Under the pieces are notes generated by a model. The model made no database searches and was not told the DNA's origin. It worked only from the letters and a program-made list of their open reading frames with translations. Of a stretch of 64,000 nucleotides of DNA, positions 1 through 14,020 are shown piece by piece. A program made the position numbers and the translations under genes. This DNA is from Octopus sinensis (lineage: Eukaryota). The stretch spans positions 8,556,001 through 8,620,000 of the forward strand of contig NC_042997.1 in the NCBI RefSeq assembly GCF_006345805.1. Direction: 5' to 3'. Each line of letters begins with the position of its first letter. Within the stretch, counting starts at the first letter, position 1.

Positions 1-303
1 TATGTATGTATGTATGTATGTATGTATGTATGTATGTGTGTGTATGTATGTATGTATGTGTATGTATGTATGTATGTATGTATGTATGTATGTATGTATG
101 TATGTATGCATGTATGTATATGTGTGTATCTATGCATGCATTTATGTATGTGTGCATGCATGTATGTTTGTCATTATTCAGTTTATCTCAAGATTTCTTG
201 CCAATGGAGAAAAAAGAGCCTGTCTCTAAACCAGATCCAAGGCTCCTTCATTGGAATTTCAGCACAACGGGGTATTTTGTATGTATGTATACATATAGAT
301 TTG

Positions 304-337
<34 letters not shown>

Positions 338-375
338 TGTATGTATGTATGTATGTATGTATGTATGTATGTATG
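1..375. repeat. (TATG)n microsatellite blocks
   Basis: Directly visible. It generates the spurious MYVC-repeat ORFs. Confidence 0.95.
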
Positions 376-495
376 TGTATGTGTCATTATTCCGTTTTAT
401 TTCAAGTTTTCTTGCCAATAGAGAAAGAGCTGATCTCTAACCTTGATCCAAGGCTCCTTCATTGGAATTTCAACATCAACAGGGTGTTTTTGCAT
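169..495 (+). repeat. Two diverged copies of a ~110-bp unit separated by (TATG)n
   Basis: gtcattattc...cttgccaat...gatccaaggctccttcattggaatttca occurs at ~169-280 and ~383-495. Confidence 0.85.
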
Positions 496-1855
496 GTATG
501 TATATGTGATGATTTGTATGATTTGTTTTATGTATGTATGCATGCATGCATGAAAATGTAAAAAAGTACTTGGAATGCATGTCCAATGCTTCATATGTTT
601 TGAAACAAATAAACAGATATATAAATATCTCTATATATATATGTTCGCGGATTTATATATTTATTTGAATTTCATTTGTATCCAAGTGCATACATGTTTA
701 TATACGTTATACGTGAGCATGCTTGTGTGTATAAGTATGTGTTTCCAAGTGCAAGAATCTCACTTAGTGCCTGTATACATGGATGAATATGGCAAGATCT
801 GCAGCAAGTACCTGTATCACCTCCTTTTGGAGAAAATTATCAAGAAGTAAACATAAGTTTATGTAAGTCACTGAAAATCTTGTAAAAAGTATATATTTTT
901 TTTTTTACCTTCCCAGCTTTTCTGAAGATTTGCTGAATTCATGTCATTTTTCTAAGAGTTTTTGTTGTTGTTGTTGTTGCTACTGTAATGTTTTTTCTGT
1001 CTGTTAATATCTTTATATATTTTTCTCATCTTTTTACCTTTTGCAGTCTTTTATGTAAAACATTATTTAAAGGAGAATCGTGAAGATACTTTTAAGAAAT
1101 GTTTCATCTAATTTTCTTTTACTTGACTTGTTTTCATTCTGTTTTTTTTTTTTGTTTTTTTGGTTTTTTTGGGGGTTCTTTATTCAAGTTTTATATTTGG
1201 TTAAGACTTTTGACACCTCTCACCTGCACTATCTTCATAAACATTCTGAAAGAACAAAAACAAAAAAAAACTGCCAACAACTAAAGAAATACATTTTAAT
1301 CTGCAAGGTGCTGGTGTTAAAGTAATGTTTGGAAGGAAATAATATTATTGTAAAGAATATAGTAGTGTAGTAGAGAAGACTATAAATTAGAAGATAAAGT
1401 CACCTGAGTCGATCCTGTGCATCTTTGGCACTTCCTTTATTGAAGACAAAATGATATAAACTCAGAATATAGATGGAGAAGACTAAATTCTGCCAGGTAT
1501 TTTCTCTTACACATTGATCCAAGTATGGAAATACACACTTCATAAAGAGCCCTTACATGGTTCCTCAATTAGCTAAAATAGAAGCCAAATCTCCTCCATT
1601 TTCTACACTTTCTCATATTAATAAAAGAATATAATACATTGGGCTATGTAGTCTCATAGATAGACTGGCCATGACTGGATTGTCTTTGATCATAAGTTGT
1701 CTAGATTAGGATTGATCTACAACTAAATAATAATACAAAATGATTCAATGAAGGAGCATCTATATGGTTCCTTGAATTGCTTGAAATAACAGCAGCCAAA
1801 AGCTAAAATCATATTCTTCTATCCTAACATATAATAAACCACATTAGATAATATA

Positions 1856-2094
1856 TATTTCTTTACTGCCCACAAGGGGCTAAACATAGATGGGACAAAC
1901 AAGGACAGACAAAGGGAGGGATTAAGTCGATTACATCGACCCCAGTGCGAAACTGGTACTTTATTTATCGACCCCGAAAGGATGAAAGGCAAAGTCGACC
2001 TCGGCGGAATTTGAACTCAGAACGTAACGACAGACGAAATATACGGCTACGCATTTTGCCCGGCGTACTAACGTTTCTACCAGCTCGCCGCCTT
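1856..2094 (-). mobile_element. tRNA-derived SINE, family A
   Basis: Head ggcggcgagctgg...gttctgagttcaaattccgccgaggtcgac. 14-bp TSD cattagataatata at 1842-1855 and 2095-2108. About 10 related copies in the window. Confidence 0.9.
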
Positions 2095-5000
2095 CATTAG
2101 ATAATATAGTCCTATATACCTTTAAAAATACTGGATGGTAATGGTTGAAATATCTTTGTTTAAGAACAACAAAAACCTATAAATAATTATACAATTATTT
2201 TCGAAACCTCATAACATTTCTTTTATTGCACCTGAAGCAAACTTTCTTCAAAAGGAAAGCCATCATTAGTCAGTATTAGAGGATATTGTATGAGAAAAAA
2301 TGAAGATGAGATTACATTAAAGATGAGATGATGCAAAATCAAGTTAAAGTTGACTTGCATTGTAGGTTCATTTTCCTGAGATTGGCAGATTGTCCTTTGG
2401 CTCTTTCAGTCTTTCTTTTATGCAAATTACACCCAGTTGTCATCCTTCCTTTATATACATCACATTTGCACACCCATTTGGTTCCATCTCTCTCTCTCCC
2501 TTGTACATCATATCTGATTTTTCTATATGCAGTTTTTGTGTCATCTCATTTGTGAACTTCTGGTCATGTATGCTATCATTGCATATCCAGCAGCCCATGA
2601 CTTCCTTACCTCTTCTAATCTTTATTCATTCTCTGCATTCAGTACCTATGTTTTACTACCATGTAAACTTTCATTTTGTATACAACCATCATGCAGTCTG
2701 CCTACCAAGGTGATTTAACTAACAGTGGAAGAGTGTGTTCCAAATGAATAATTAAGTAGAGTAGGAACAGGATAGAAAAAGTTTAGGAATCTATTACCTT
2801 TATTGCCAACTAAAGTAATAAATCCTTAAACATTTTCCATCTTGTCCTCAGACTTTCATCATCTCTAGCAACTGTTCTTTTAGGAAAACCTTCCTCCACT
2901 CTTAATTAAGTCTTCTATGTAACAGAAGCTATGAGCAATTTCTAAGACTTCCAGGTATTTGAAAGAATTTATATCCCGTGTGCTTTTATGGTTGTACTGC
3001 AGATCTACTACATATGAAGGCCTTCTCTATCAGTCTCCTAGGATCTCACAACACCTTTCAAGGCCCACTTGGTTACAATAGATGGCCCTACTTGTGTACA
3101 ATATATGGCATTCCTATATGTAAATTCTTCCCTGAATATCATACATTGTCACTTCCTTGGACGTTTTCTTTCTATTAGAAAAAAAATCTTGTTGCTAGAT
3201 TTACTTGATGATCTTTTAATTTCTTCAGTAATTCTTCATTTAGAACTTTTTCTCTAATTCTTCATCTTCAATGATTGAGGCTATGAAAACTAGATCAGCA
3301 ACATACAGTTTCTTCCTTAGGACATCTGAATTTAAACTCCTGTCTTATGGCTTGGAGAACAAAAATATGCAAGCAAGGAATGAAAACCAAGCCTTCATGG
3401 CCACTTAACTACACAATAAATTCTTTGTTGAAATCATTGTTAGTCCTCCTTTTGATAATAGTAACTCAGCACATGACTTGCATAGCTCCCAAAATCCACT
3501 CATTTTCTTTTATTTCTTCTTAGGGACCACCATATTGCAAAGTGTGGGTTACCATATCAAAGGCTTATTCTTGATCAAAAAATGATATGTTTTGTGACTT
3601 GCACTTTGCTAAGAACTTATGTAGTTTTCCTCATTAGGAAGAAGGTACCATTGTAGTAAACACTGTCTTGCACACATTTTTTTTATCCAGCAAATTCATT
3701 TCACATAAGGCCCATAACACATAAATGAGACTTACCCTATCAACAACTTGGTCTCTGAAATTAAACCCTGTCTGTCCCTAATAGAAAAGATAGCTACAGT
3801 GATTGGACCTTCCATTCTTTCTGCTCTTCACAGATATAGTGAATGTTCTCATCTGCATACATCTCAGCTAGCTATTTTCTTCATTTATATAGATGCAATT
3901 CTTAAGGCTTGTATCCAGGAACATTTCAAATATGGGGATTAGTGCTTGAATTTATTTCAATTGCAATACAACAACCAATTATTTTGGGGATCTTTTCACA
4001 ATAACAATATTGATATATAAGGAATAAAATATTTAAGTTAACTGGACAAAATTTATTGAATTGCTCTCATAGTATTACTACTAGTATTACCTACAATCAA
4101 GGCTGGTATTCCTGCCATCAAGGCAGATATAAGCCAACAGTCTGTGGCAGGATTTGAACAGTGAATAATGAAGCTTTGAATAAAATGCTAAACAACAATC
4201 TCTCTCTCTCTCTTCCCCATCTCTCTTCCCCTCTGTCTGTCTCTCTCTCTCCCTCTCCCCCTCTCTCTCTTATAAAAGTAATAAATGATATATTATGCAG
4301 TTAGAACATTTTAAGCAGATATATCTAGTCTTGGTCATCTAAAATTGGCAACATGCTCTAGGTCATAAAAAATTTATTCTTATCAACTAGACTAGTGATG
4401 AAAATGTTATTTGCTTATTATTCTTGCAGTTGGTTTAATGTTATTATATTTTACATTTTCTTTGGCAACAAAGTTCTCTTGAACTTCAGCTACATGTATG
4501 CAAATTTAATTATAAGGTATTAACCCTTCTAACTATGTGGTTCTTTTTTTTTTTCTTTTCTTCCTACAAGAAATTTTGCCTCAACAATAGAACTAGCTCT
4601 TAACATCCTTGAGCCTTATCCAAATTTTCTTTGCACAGAGAAAGAAAATCATAATTAATTAAACAAAAGTTTCTTATAGATTCATTTTTCTTTGGAGTTT
4701 TATAAAATTTTCCATTACTATAGAAAATAAATGATTTTTCTCCTGATATCAAAAGAATTATATTAATTTGAAAATATACGTTTTTGTCTGTATTATTACA
4801 ACATTTCATTGATCATATAATATATAAAAAATAATAAATACAAATAAAACAAACAAAAAGAAAGAAAATTAATAAAAGATTTGTGGAAATATGAGAAAAG
4901 TCATTGGTTTCTTTTGGCAAAAAGAAAGTGACCATTTTTTTTATAATGGTATGGAACAAGCAACATAATTTCATTTTACCGTATTACTGGTACTTATTTT

Positions 5001-6095
5001 ATCAACTTTATAGAAATGGAAAGCAGTAAAGGTTTCAACTCAGATAATAGAAGGAAATTAAGTTCCGTGGTACTATTATGATTCATCTATCAGAGTTTCA
5101 TGGATATGTGCCATATCTGTGGAAATGTAATATAATGAAAGATAGAAATAAGAAAACAGTTTTTAGTTCTGTGTAGGGTAATGAAAGGTGAATGGAACTC
5201 GGTTTGAATTTCAGAATAATAGATATATGAAAGTAACTGCATCCATAAGAGATTATCATTGTGATTCTTTTGTCAGTGAGAGTTAAATGCCTTAACAGTG
5301 CAATGCTGCTGAACTGTTTTGATGAACCTTGATCTTTTCAGAAAATAATCTGACATTGAGTTCAAAATGAATATTGCAGAGCAGCTGGACGAATCTCTAA
5401 ATATCATTTGCCTCACATTTATTTATATTTGTTGCATTGATAAAATGGATTGCACAGTAGCATTTGATGAAGCAATGTGCTTATATCTGGGACCTCTCCA
5501 ATAGAGCCAGTATGTGTCACCCACTATGCTAGAGATAACAGCCAAAACTTCCACAAATTACGTATTACTGCCTTAAAAAATGAGGACCAAATTTGGAAGG
5601 TAGCTTGGCTTAATACCACTCTCTGGTCTTTAAGTGTGCTCCTGAAACTATGTAGCTCAAGCTAACAGCAGAGTATTATCATCATGTCATAATTCTGTCA
5701 TCTTTTCTAGATCTCTAGACATCAAAATCCAAAACAAAACTTGCTTGATAATGTTCTCACTTCTTTTCTGATATCTATGGATTTAAAGCTAATTTAGATC
5801 CCATACATCAACTGCTCATATACACTTAAACTACACATCCTATTCCTCTCCAAGCCAAATATTCCAGTCTTTATTTATAATCCATCTCTGATATCCAGGT
5901 TATGCTCAGACGTCCCTCCAAAATGTTCTATTAGCACATATGTGGATGCATGTCTCTCTCTGCCACTCAACACTCTCACTTGGATGTTAGCAATGAAGGC
6001 TTCTAGTTACTCACATCTCCTTTCCCCACTCAATAGACATCTACTTCTTTTACTGCTTTCTGAACTTCTTAAGTCACTAGCATCTATTGGTCATA

Positions 6096-6258
6096 GGCGC
6101 AGGAGTGGCTGTGTGGTAAGTAGCTTGCTTACCAACCACATGGTTCCAGGTTCAGTCCCACTGCGTGGCACCTTGGCTAAGTGTCTTCTACTATAGCCTC
6201 GGGCTGACCAAAGCCTTGTGAGTGGATTTGGTAGAGGGAAACTGAAGGAAGCTTGTTG

Positions 6259-6290
<32 letters not shown>

Positions 6291-6315
6291 CATGTTTGTG
6301 TGTCTGTGTTTGTCA
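6096..6315 (+). mobile_element. tRNA-derived SINE, family B (5' part)
   Basis: ggcgcaggagtggctgtgtggtaag...ggttcagtcccactgcg; matches the full copy at 59655. Confidence 0.85.
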
Positions 6316-6536
6316 TTTGCCTCTCTGTATGTCATTTGCCTCTCCTCCTCCCACTACTCATGTAGTACCCACACCATCCTTTTCAATCCCACCCTAATCC
6401 TTACATTCATCCCTTCCTCAACTTAACATAAAACATTTGAGAATATTCTCCCTGCATATATATTTACTGCAGATGTCAATTTGCAGCAGGTTTGGTCTCC
6501 ACAGTTTCATAAGTTCAGAGGTTCAGAAGTTTCAAA

Positions 6537-6830
6537 GGGCACTGCATAGGCAATGAGCACTGCATAGGCAAAGACACTCCATAGGTAATAGGCACTGCAC
6601 AGACAATGGGCACTGCATAGGCAATGGGTATTTCATAGGCAATGAGTGCTGCATAGATAAAGACACTGCATAGATAATAGGCACCGCATAGAAATGGGCA
6701 CTGCATAGGCAAAGACACTGCATAGGTACTAGGCACTGCATAGACAATGGGCACTGCATAGGTAATAGGCATTGCATAGACAATGGGCACTGCATAGGCA
6801 AAGCATTGCATGCACAGGCAATGGGCACTG
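6537..6830. repeat. 17-18-bp minisatellite, consensus gggcactgcataggcaat, ~16 units
   Basis: Directly visible tandem units. Confidence 0.9.
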
Positions 6831-7456
6831 TCCTGTGTTGTAGACCCAGCAAGTAAAAACAAGCCTCAGAGGTCCTGGAAACAATTATGGGTACCGCTCT
6901 TTTTTTTTTCCATGTTATAAAATGATTCCTTTAAGTAAAGAAAGCAACTCAATTTGCAAAGTAGGTTCAATTCCCAGTCACTTGTTTGACATACATCACT
7001 AATGACCTTCGGGTGAAAGTAAACATCACAACTTTCGCTGACCTCATCTTTGAAGTCAATAAGGTTTGTCACTTTTTGATAGATACATCTTATGCTGTCA
7101 AGACAAACAATTGACTATTTATCTCATGAGCCGATTGCTCATAAATAAATATTTATGCTTTTACATTTTTATTGTCTCAATGACAAATTATTTTCTATAT
7201 CACTTGTGTAGCTTTATTAAAACTTGCTGCTTTTTTTTTTTTTTGCTTTTATATTTCACTTCTTTTCTCTCTCCCCCAACTCCTTCTCCTACTCCTATTT
7301 GTCGTCCTCCTCCTCCTGCTTCTTCTTTTTATTCTCCCTCACTGTCTTTTTCTCACTCTTTGTCTTCTCCTTTATGATCTTCCACTTTTTAAAACTTTTC
7401 CTTCTTTGTTCCCTTCAGTTTTTCCTTCTTTTCTTTTTATTGCCTCCCTTTTCATA

Positions 7457-7514
<58 letters not shown>
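7457..7514. repeat. (CT)n microsatellite
   Basis: Directly visible. Confidence 0.95.
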
Positions 7515-7518
<4 letters not shown>

Positions 7519-8885
7519 CTTTTCTGTTTCGTTATTTTTGTTTTTCTCTTCACTGACGTTTTTTTCTATTTTTCAATTCTTTCTCTTCCCTTCCATTTTT
7601 TAATGATTTTTTTTCCCACCATCTTCAGCCACATTTCATTAAAGTTGATGTCTCTACATACTACAGTTCTTATGCTAATAATTCTGTGTATTCAGTTAGA
7701 GTCTATTATTGATTTGTAACACAGACACAAGACTTGAAATTATAAGGAGATGTTACTCGATGAAATTGATCCATTACTTGTTGTATTGCCTGTACCCGTC
7801 TCCAAGGATGAAAGGCTAAATCAACTTCAGTGAGTCTTAACTAAAGGAGCATAGTTAAATACTACAAAGTAGTTAGTCTGGAGATTGTTGGTATTGTAGT
7901 TGTTTTGCTCCAGGTCAAATTAGATTGTGTAGACTGATGATCAAAGACAATTCAGCAGTGCTAATCCATCCTTTTAACTATTGTATTTCAAGATCTACAT
8001 TGTCTAATTTGTCCTTCCATGAGATTTGGCTGCTATTACTAGCAAACTGAATAACCATATAGTGGAATTAGCAATTTACTTAGTATGGCAATAACACAAC
8101 ACAATATTAACCACACTCTATTTTTATTTTCTTTATAACAAAATAATTTATACTAAAGCCAAGAAGAAACAAACTGTCTACATATATGCTTACTATCAAT
8201 AGCTTTCACCGTTTCTGATATTTCATCAATAGACTTGGTCCTGAATTCTATATCTAATATTAGCTCCCACGACTAAGATATTTTACCTGAAACTTAACTA
8301 ATGAACATAGCTGTAAATAACTAATGTTTGAAGGAACAACTCTCAGCTGTAAGCAATGACTGTATTGTGTAATTGACACCTGTTTTAAGATGTTGTGATC
8401 AGTTAAAATCTTCCTAAAGGCATCAATCAAGAGAAACTCCCAAGTATGTCACTCAGTAAAGAAAAGCTTATCTGCCCCTTGGTAGCATACTAGTAAAGCC
8501 AATGAGAGAGATTCTATGTGGTAGCTTAAACTGCTAGAAATAACAATCAAATCTCATTCAAAATCGCACATTACTCTCTTAATAACAGAATGTGTGAAAC
8601 AGTGGACCTATATGTACTATGATTAAAATAAATGGAGGTGTCATGGATGAATTGCCTCTGATTATAGGCTTGCTCTACTAGAGACAAGGAACTAAACAAC
8701 AACAAATAGGTACTAAATTCTAAACTATAGTTATAGTTAAAAACTAGTTCTTTCCAGATCCAGGGATCCATAAGAGTGCATACAATCTCTGTTTCTGTGA
8801 AGTTAAACATTTATCTGGATAGTATGTGGGTATTTGGTCTGTGGGGGTGATATGAAATAAATACCATAATACACAACTACAACAT

Positions 8886-9207
8886 GCTGACACCCCCTTC
8901 GATCATGACTGACTATGGGATTGCACCTAGAAAGTTACCCTCCCAGGCACAAGTTCGGGCAAGGTTGTTTATGGAAGACCAGCAGTCACCTATACATACT
9001 GGCCTCCCTTCTCCATGCCACCAGTGTTATCCAAAGGAAATGCATAGGCCGATACAGCTTGGCACCTCATTTCTACAGCTGAGTGAACTGGAGCAATGTA
9101 AAATAAAGTGTCTTGCTCAAGAACACAACACACAGCCCAGTCCGGGATTCGAACTCACAACTTCATGATCGTAAGCTTGACACTCTAACCACTGAGCCAT
9201 GCACCTT
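8886..9207 (-). mobile_element. tRNA-derived SINE, family D head with its own 3' tail
   Basis: A/B-box-like head (tggctcagtgg; gttcgaatccc) and central cttgagcaagacactt motif. 14-bp TSD cacaactacaacat at 8872-8885 and 9208-9221. Confidence 0.9.
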
Positions 9208-10306
9208 CACAACTACAACATAGAACAATGTATTATACCATCTGTGATATATGGTGATAATTAGTCCTGTGAGGGAGCCTCTACATGTTCATATGCCTTG
9301 CTAGAAATAGCAAGCAAATCTACTTCAAAATATGCCCTACTCAATTAAAATGAGGAAAATATATTAGGTTATGTCTTCTTAGATACTCTGTTCTAAAAAC
9401 AGCAAAAAGATTGTTACAATGATTGTTATAAATCCTTTGGATCAATGCTGTCCTTGGATTAAAGACAACGTAAAGCTAGAAAATCTGGGTTTAGGTTTAG
9501 CAGGTTTGCTTCTTCATTTTTTGACTTTGGTCAAGACAAAAGACTAATGACCAGCCATGGACTACTAACTTCTCAGTAGACCTGTTATACTATTGAATAA
9601 ACTTTCAGTGATTTTCATTATAGAAAAAAATGTAACACTTTTGTTCACATCAAAGCTCAGTAACAATTTACTCTCTATAATCACATCCACTACATAACAT
9701 TATAATGTGTTACATTAGTTATTATGGAAGTGGACTGCACAATTGGTAGAAGAGTTCTTAAAAAGAATAATTATATTTCTCTTTCTTCTAAATTCAAACT
9801 TGCCTTTCATTCATAAGGCTAATAAAACAGTATAATGTAAAGGATTTGATTTACTATTTTTCGTAATGATGCAGGAAGCAAAAAGCAGTAACATTTTACA
9901 GTGCCTTTGAAACATGTAAGAAGAGACTATCCTTAGAACAGGGATCTGGCCTAAATGCTTGTGATAGAATGGTCTAAGAGTACCTAAAGGTCAAATGATG
10001 GTTTTAAACTGTGCAATGAGTAAATCATACCAATCAGTTACATTAGAAATCACCCTATGACTGTGGGCTTGAGTCAATATTTGATGTCAGCATTAATGAA
10101 AAGCATAGGTGAGTCACATGATCACCTAATACTGGACTCTCAGATAGATGAAATGGAAAGTCGACCTTGGTGGAATTTGAAACTGGAATGTTGGGAAGCA
10201 TAAGTGAATGCATAGCCTAATAGTATTTTATCTGGAATATTACTGCTTCTGTCACTGCTTCAGATGAAGACAGATCCTGTCCTTAATTTTGCAAAACATT
10301 AATTAA

Positions 10307-10452
10307 TGAAGAAGAAGGAGAAAATGAAGAAGAAGAAGAAGGAGGAGGAGGAGGAGGAGGAGGAGAAGAAGAAGAAAAAGAAGAAAGAAGAAGAAGAAGA
10401 AGAAGAGAGAAGAAGAAGAAGAAAGAAGAAGAAGAAGAAGAAGAAGAAGAAG
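10307..10452. repeat. (GAA/GGA)n trinucleotide tract
   Basis: Directly visible. It gives poly-K/E ORFs. Confidence 0.95.
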
Positions 10453-10834
10453 ATCATTAATCCCCATAATGATGGTATGTGTCATTAATTCGTCATGATG
10501 ATGATGATGATGATGAAAGCAAGGAAGAGATATTACTTCCCATGGATGGACTGATAACCAATTACCAGTGTGTAATGACATTTGCCATTAAGAAACTGAA
10601 GCTGGTATTTTTTATTGTGATGACTTAAAAACATTGCAATGGTTCATATTAGATATCTGAGTCTTTAAATGCCATTAGGTCACAGTTGTCTGATGTATGT
10701 CAGGCTACTGGAGCAGTTTCCTCTCCGAGTGATACTCTGATGGAGATTGGAGCTAAGTATTCCATGGAGCAAAATATCAATAGGATAATATAAGTCTCAA
10801 CTGTAAAAGTATGAGAGTAGGTTGAAAAGTTCAT

Positions 10835-12087
10835 AACACTAACATCTCATTTTAACAAGATATATTTACTAAAATTACATAAAAATATTTTGAAATACCA
10901 AAGAGTAAATTCATTCGATAAAATTGCCATTGGTTTCAACCATGGCCTCCAGACAACTTCGGAATCTCCTGCAACATTTCTGGATGGTCTCCTTGTTTCA
11001 GTTGGTGAATGCTACCATAATCTTTGCCTTCAGTTCATCTTTGGTGTTACAAGGAGTTTTGTTATCTCTCACTCAATTGTGCCCTGTACATAATAAACAA
11101 GTGAGTTGCAGTCTGAAGAGTAAGGTGATCAGATGTTAGGGGTGGTATGGTCACAGAAATTGTCTGACAGCCATGACTGGGCTATCCTGCTTGTGTGGCA
11201 TGGTGCAGAATTCTATTACCAGACATAGGCTCTTCCAGCAGCTACCCTCTTGACCTAGGGCCGCACTACTTCCTCCAGGCATTTGATGTAAGCTTCTGTG
11301 TTGAGTCTGAGGGAGTATGGGAAAATGAATGGGGGCATAACGTCGCCATCACTAGTGATCACTCCAAACACCATGATGTTGACCGGATATTTGATTTTTA
11401 TCACTCTCAGCATATGTTCTGGGGATATGACAGGCCAACGGTTGTTCTGTGTGTTCACCATCTAATTCTGGCAGAAATTTTTCTCATCTACGAAAAATCA
11501 AGTATGTTCGGTTTGAGGGAATGCTTGAGTTTGTCGAAAAGCTCCATAGCTCAGTCTTTCCTCTTGTCCTTGATGGCTTGGGATAAAAATTGACCTTTTC
11601 TCATCTTGTATGAGGAATACCAAACATCTTCATGCACTACCTACTTGATAAGAAACTCAGACACTCTCATGTCCCTAGCGATGGACGTGATTGACTTGAC
11701 GGGATCATTGTCAATCATGGCTTGGATCTCACCAACAAATTCAGGAGTTCTTTTCTTATTAGAATGATCAGAGTGAGCTTTCTGAACTGCTGTAACTTTA
11801 TAATCACCAATCGACTCATCCAGCTCTTTCCAAATTCTCTGCACTGTCCTCAGATTGATATCCAAACACTTTGAAATGTTCATCTTGGAGCTTCTAGCAC
11901 ATATGCGAAGCAGTACGGCATATCGTTTCCAAATTTCTGGCAGAGTGAATTGCGTCATGGTTCTGTTTGTCTCACATGGTGCTGTTTCTGCCCTACTATA
12001 CTGTGTAGCTGAAAAAATCAAAAGCAAGCAATGTGCATGCACAAAGTTAAAAGTATAGAATGGCGATAATTTACCAATTGTACCCTG
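10835..12087 (-). mobile_element. Decayed Tc1/mariner-superfamily transposon (maT/DD37D-like)
   Basis: Minus-strand fragments MTQFTLPEIWKR...RTVQRIWKEL (HTH), MVFGVITSDGDVMPPFIF, NSAPCH and SSDCNSLVY (decayed SPDxNPLDY). Right end ...taccctg|TA; left TIR not found. Confidence 0.85.
10911..11958 (-). pseudogene. DDE transposase pseudogene with stops and frameshifts
   Basis: ORF-track fragments 11641-12159 and 11255-11461, plus manual translation to a TGA at 10911-10913. Confidence 0.8.
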
Positions 12088-12140
12088 TATCCCTCTCTCT
12101 CTTTCGGAGAGGCACTGAGCAGCTATACGCACACATACAC

Positions 12141-12296
12141 ACACGGCAGTAACTTCCACCTACCGAATTCAATCACAAAGCTCCGGTTCGCTCGGGGCTA
12201 TAGTGGAAGACACCTACCCAAAGTGCCACGCAGTGGGACTGAACCCGAAACCATGTAGCTAGGAAGCAAGCTCCCTAACCACACAGCTATGCCCAC
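12141..12296 (-). mobile_element. SINE family B head fragment
   Basis: Reverse complement of the tgtgtgg...cccactgcgtggcac...gaaccggagc segment. Confidence 0.75.
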
Positions 12297-12419
12297 GATA
12301 TATACTATATATTAGAGAGATGAGAGAGAGAGATGCAATAGCCCTCAGGCTGGATCACCTCCTAAAACTTCAACTTGCACTGCAGCTAAAGCAAAGTGTC
12401 ATTGTGGGTGTATATACAT

Positions 12420-12825
12420 ATCGTATTATGATGGATATTATGTTTGTCTGTCTGTTCCCACTTCATGGTCAAATGGCTGGACTAATGGTCAGGATATTTT
12501 TGTGGGGATTATGAAAGTGGTAATCAGGAAGGTTTTCAGCAAAAGAAATGCGAAAAGCTATGATTATTTAGTAGATATTGAGGGTAATTGTTCAGTATAC
12601 AGGGGTAACAAAAAGTAAATAAAAATTAAGGTGGAGATAACTAATTAAAGAAACAAAAGGAAGTAAGTCAACTTCTTACTATAATGGGCGTTATGTCCAT
12701 CTGTTTGTTTGTTCCCTTTTCATGGTCAAACAGCTGGAACACTGGTCATGATGTTTTCCAGGATTACGAAGGAGGTAATCAGGGAAAAAAATGTGAAAAA
12801 GTATGATTATTTAGTGGATATCGAG
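12420..12825 (+). repeat. Two diverged ~150-bp direct repeats (old DNA-element or Helitron-like remnant)
   Basis: gtttgt...gttccc...tcatggtcaaa...gctgga...ggtaatcagg...tatgattatttagt occurs at ~12440-12580 and ~12700-12825. The Helitron assignment is only a resemblance. Confidence 0.55.
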
Positions 12826-14020
12826 TTTTGTTTTATTAAATCACATTTGCTTTTTTTTTTCCTGTTAAAATTCCAGCGACAAAGATTAACTCTGGATTTC
12901 TCCCACTCCCCATATTGTTCATGAATTTAGAGGGTTTATATTTGTGATCATATCCCCTTATTTTCCATTGTAGATGGGCAGATTCCTAAGGATTCCACTC
13001 ACGCAGTCACAGTAACACAAGGCACAGGACCAGATTTTAGGTTGAGTAGGTGTATTTTTACCCACTCTGATGTTTACACACAGTCATTTATATGTAGCTC
13101 TGATTAGAGCAACAAGCTCCAGTAATTTGAAAATTAGTGTTGATTAAACAGAAAATATCGTCTACAAAGAAATTTTTGTAATTATATTGATATTATCAAA
13201 AAGGAATATGAAATTTGTGAACTTTGAATGTATAAGAGTATAAACAAGCACAAAATAAAGTAAACAACTAAAATAAAAGTATGTCTAACTAACATTTTTT
13301 CTTAATACTTTTTATGTAGAAGTTGAAGGAAAGTCTGGCTTTCATTAGGAGTGGTCCTCATAACCATTCGTGATACAGAGGCTGGGAGCCTATTTCAGTT
13401 CGGGAGTGAATTGTCACCACATGTCACTTAGTCGCAAACACATATCATATAGTTGCAATAGATAGCTGTATCACCAACAATAATTTGATTTCTCTAAGAC
13501 ATAATCCAGTAATATATCAAATCCATTTCTCAATACATACTGCTGCTATGAATTATCTCCCTCACTTTATGCCTCCATTGTAGATGGGTAGATTTGCTAG
13601 CATATATAAGTGAATAAGTTGGAGTCAACAAGAAGGAGTATGGTTGGACATTTATTTACAATTGTTTCTATGCAAAATAGTTCTCCAAGCTTGCAGATAT
13701 TTGCTTATGTAACTATTTCTTGCATTATGAGATCTAGTTGTGTTTCCTCAGGTGATATATAAATATTTTCTCCATAAATTCAAATTCTCAGCTTCAAGAA
13801 CATCCTATCTCTTTGTTGTGGCCTGGAGTTAGTAGTAGCCACTGAGTGTGTATCAAGAGATGTTTTATAGATATAAAAAAAGAAAATGCACACAGTTTAC
13901 ATAGTTTTAATATACTTTTTCACATATTTCAGTCATTCTTCCCTCATTTGTTTACATATTTTGCACCGTTTGTGATGTCCTGTATGCATATATGCATGTG
14001 TGTGTGTGTGTGTGAATATG

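Noticed and set aside
745-1112. Splice-like signals around 765-862 and 1047
   Set aside because: Several frames and both strands give equally plausible short peptides and none is recognisable. This cannot be supported without RNA data.
4430-4495. Candidate 66-nt + exon (WFNVIIFYIFFGNKVLLNFSY) with a good acceptor
   Set aside because: No homology recognised and it cannot be chained convincingly to other candidates. Hydrophobic frames are common in T-rich DNA.
8758-8821. Candidate 64-nt + exon (ttccAG|...|GTATGT)
   Set aside because: Two frames are open, the peptide is not recognisable, and it is indistinguishable from chance.
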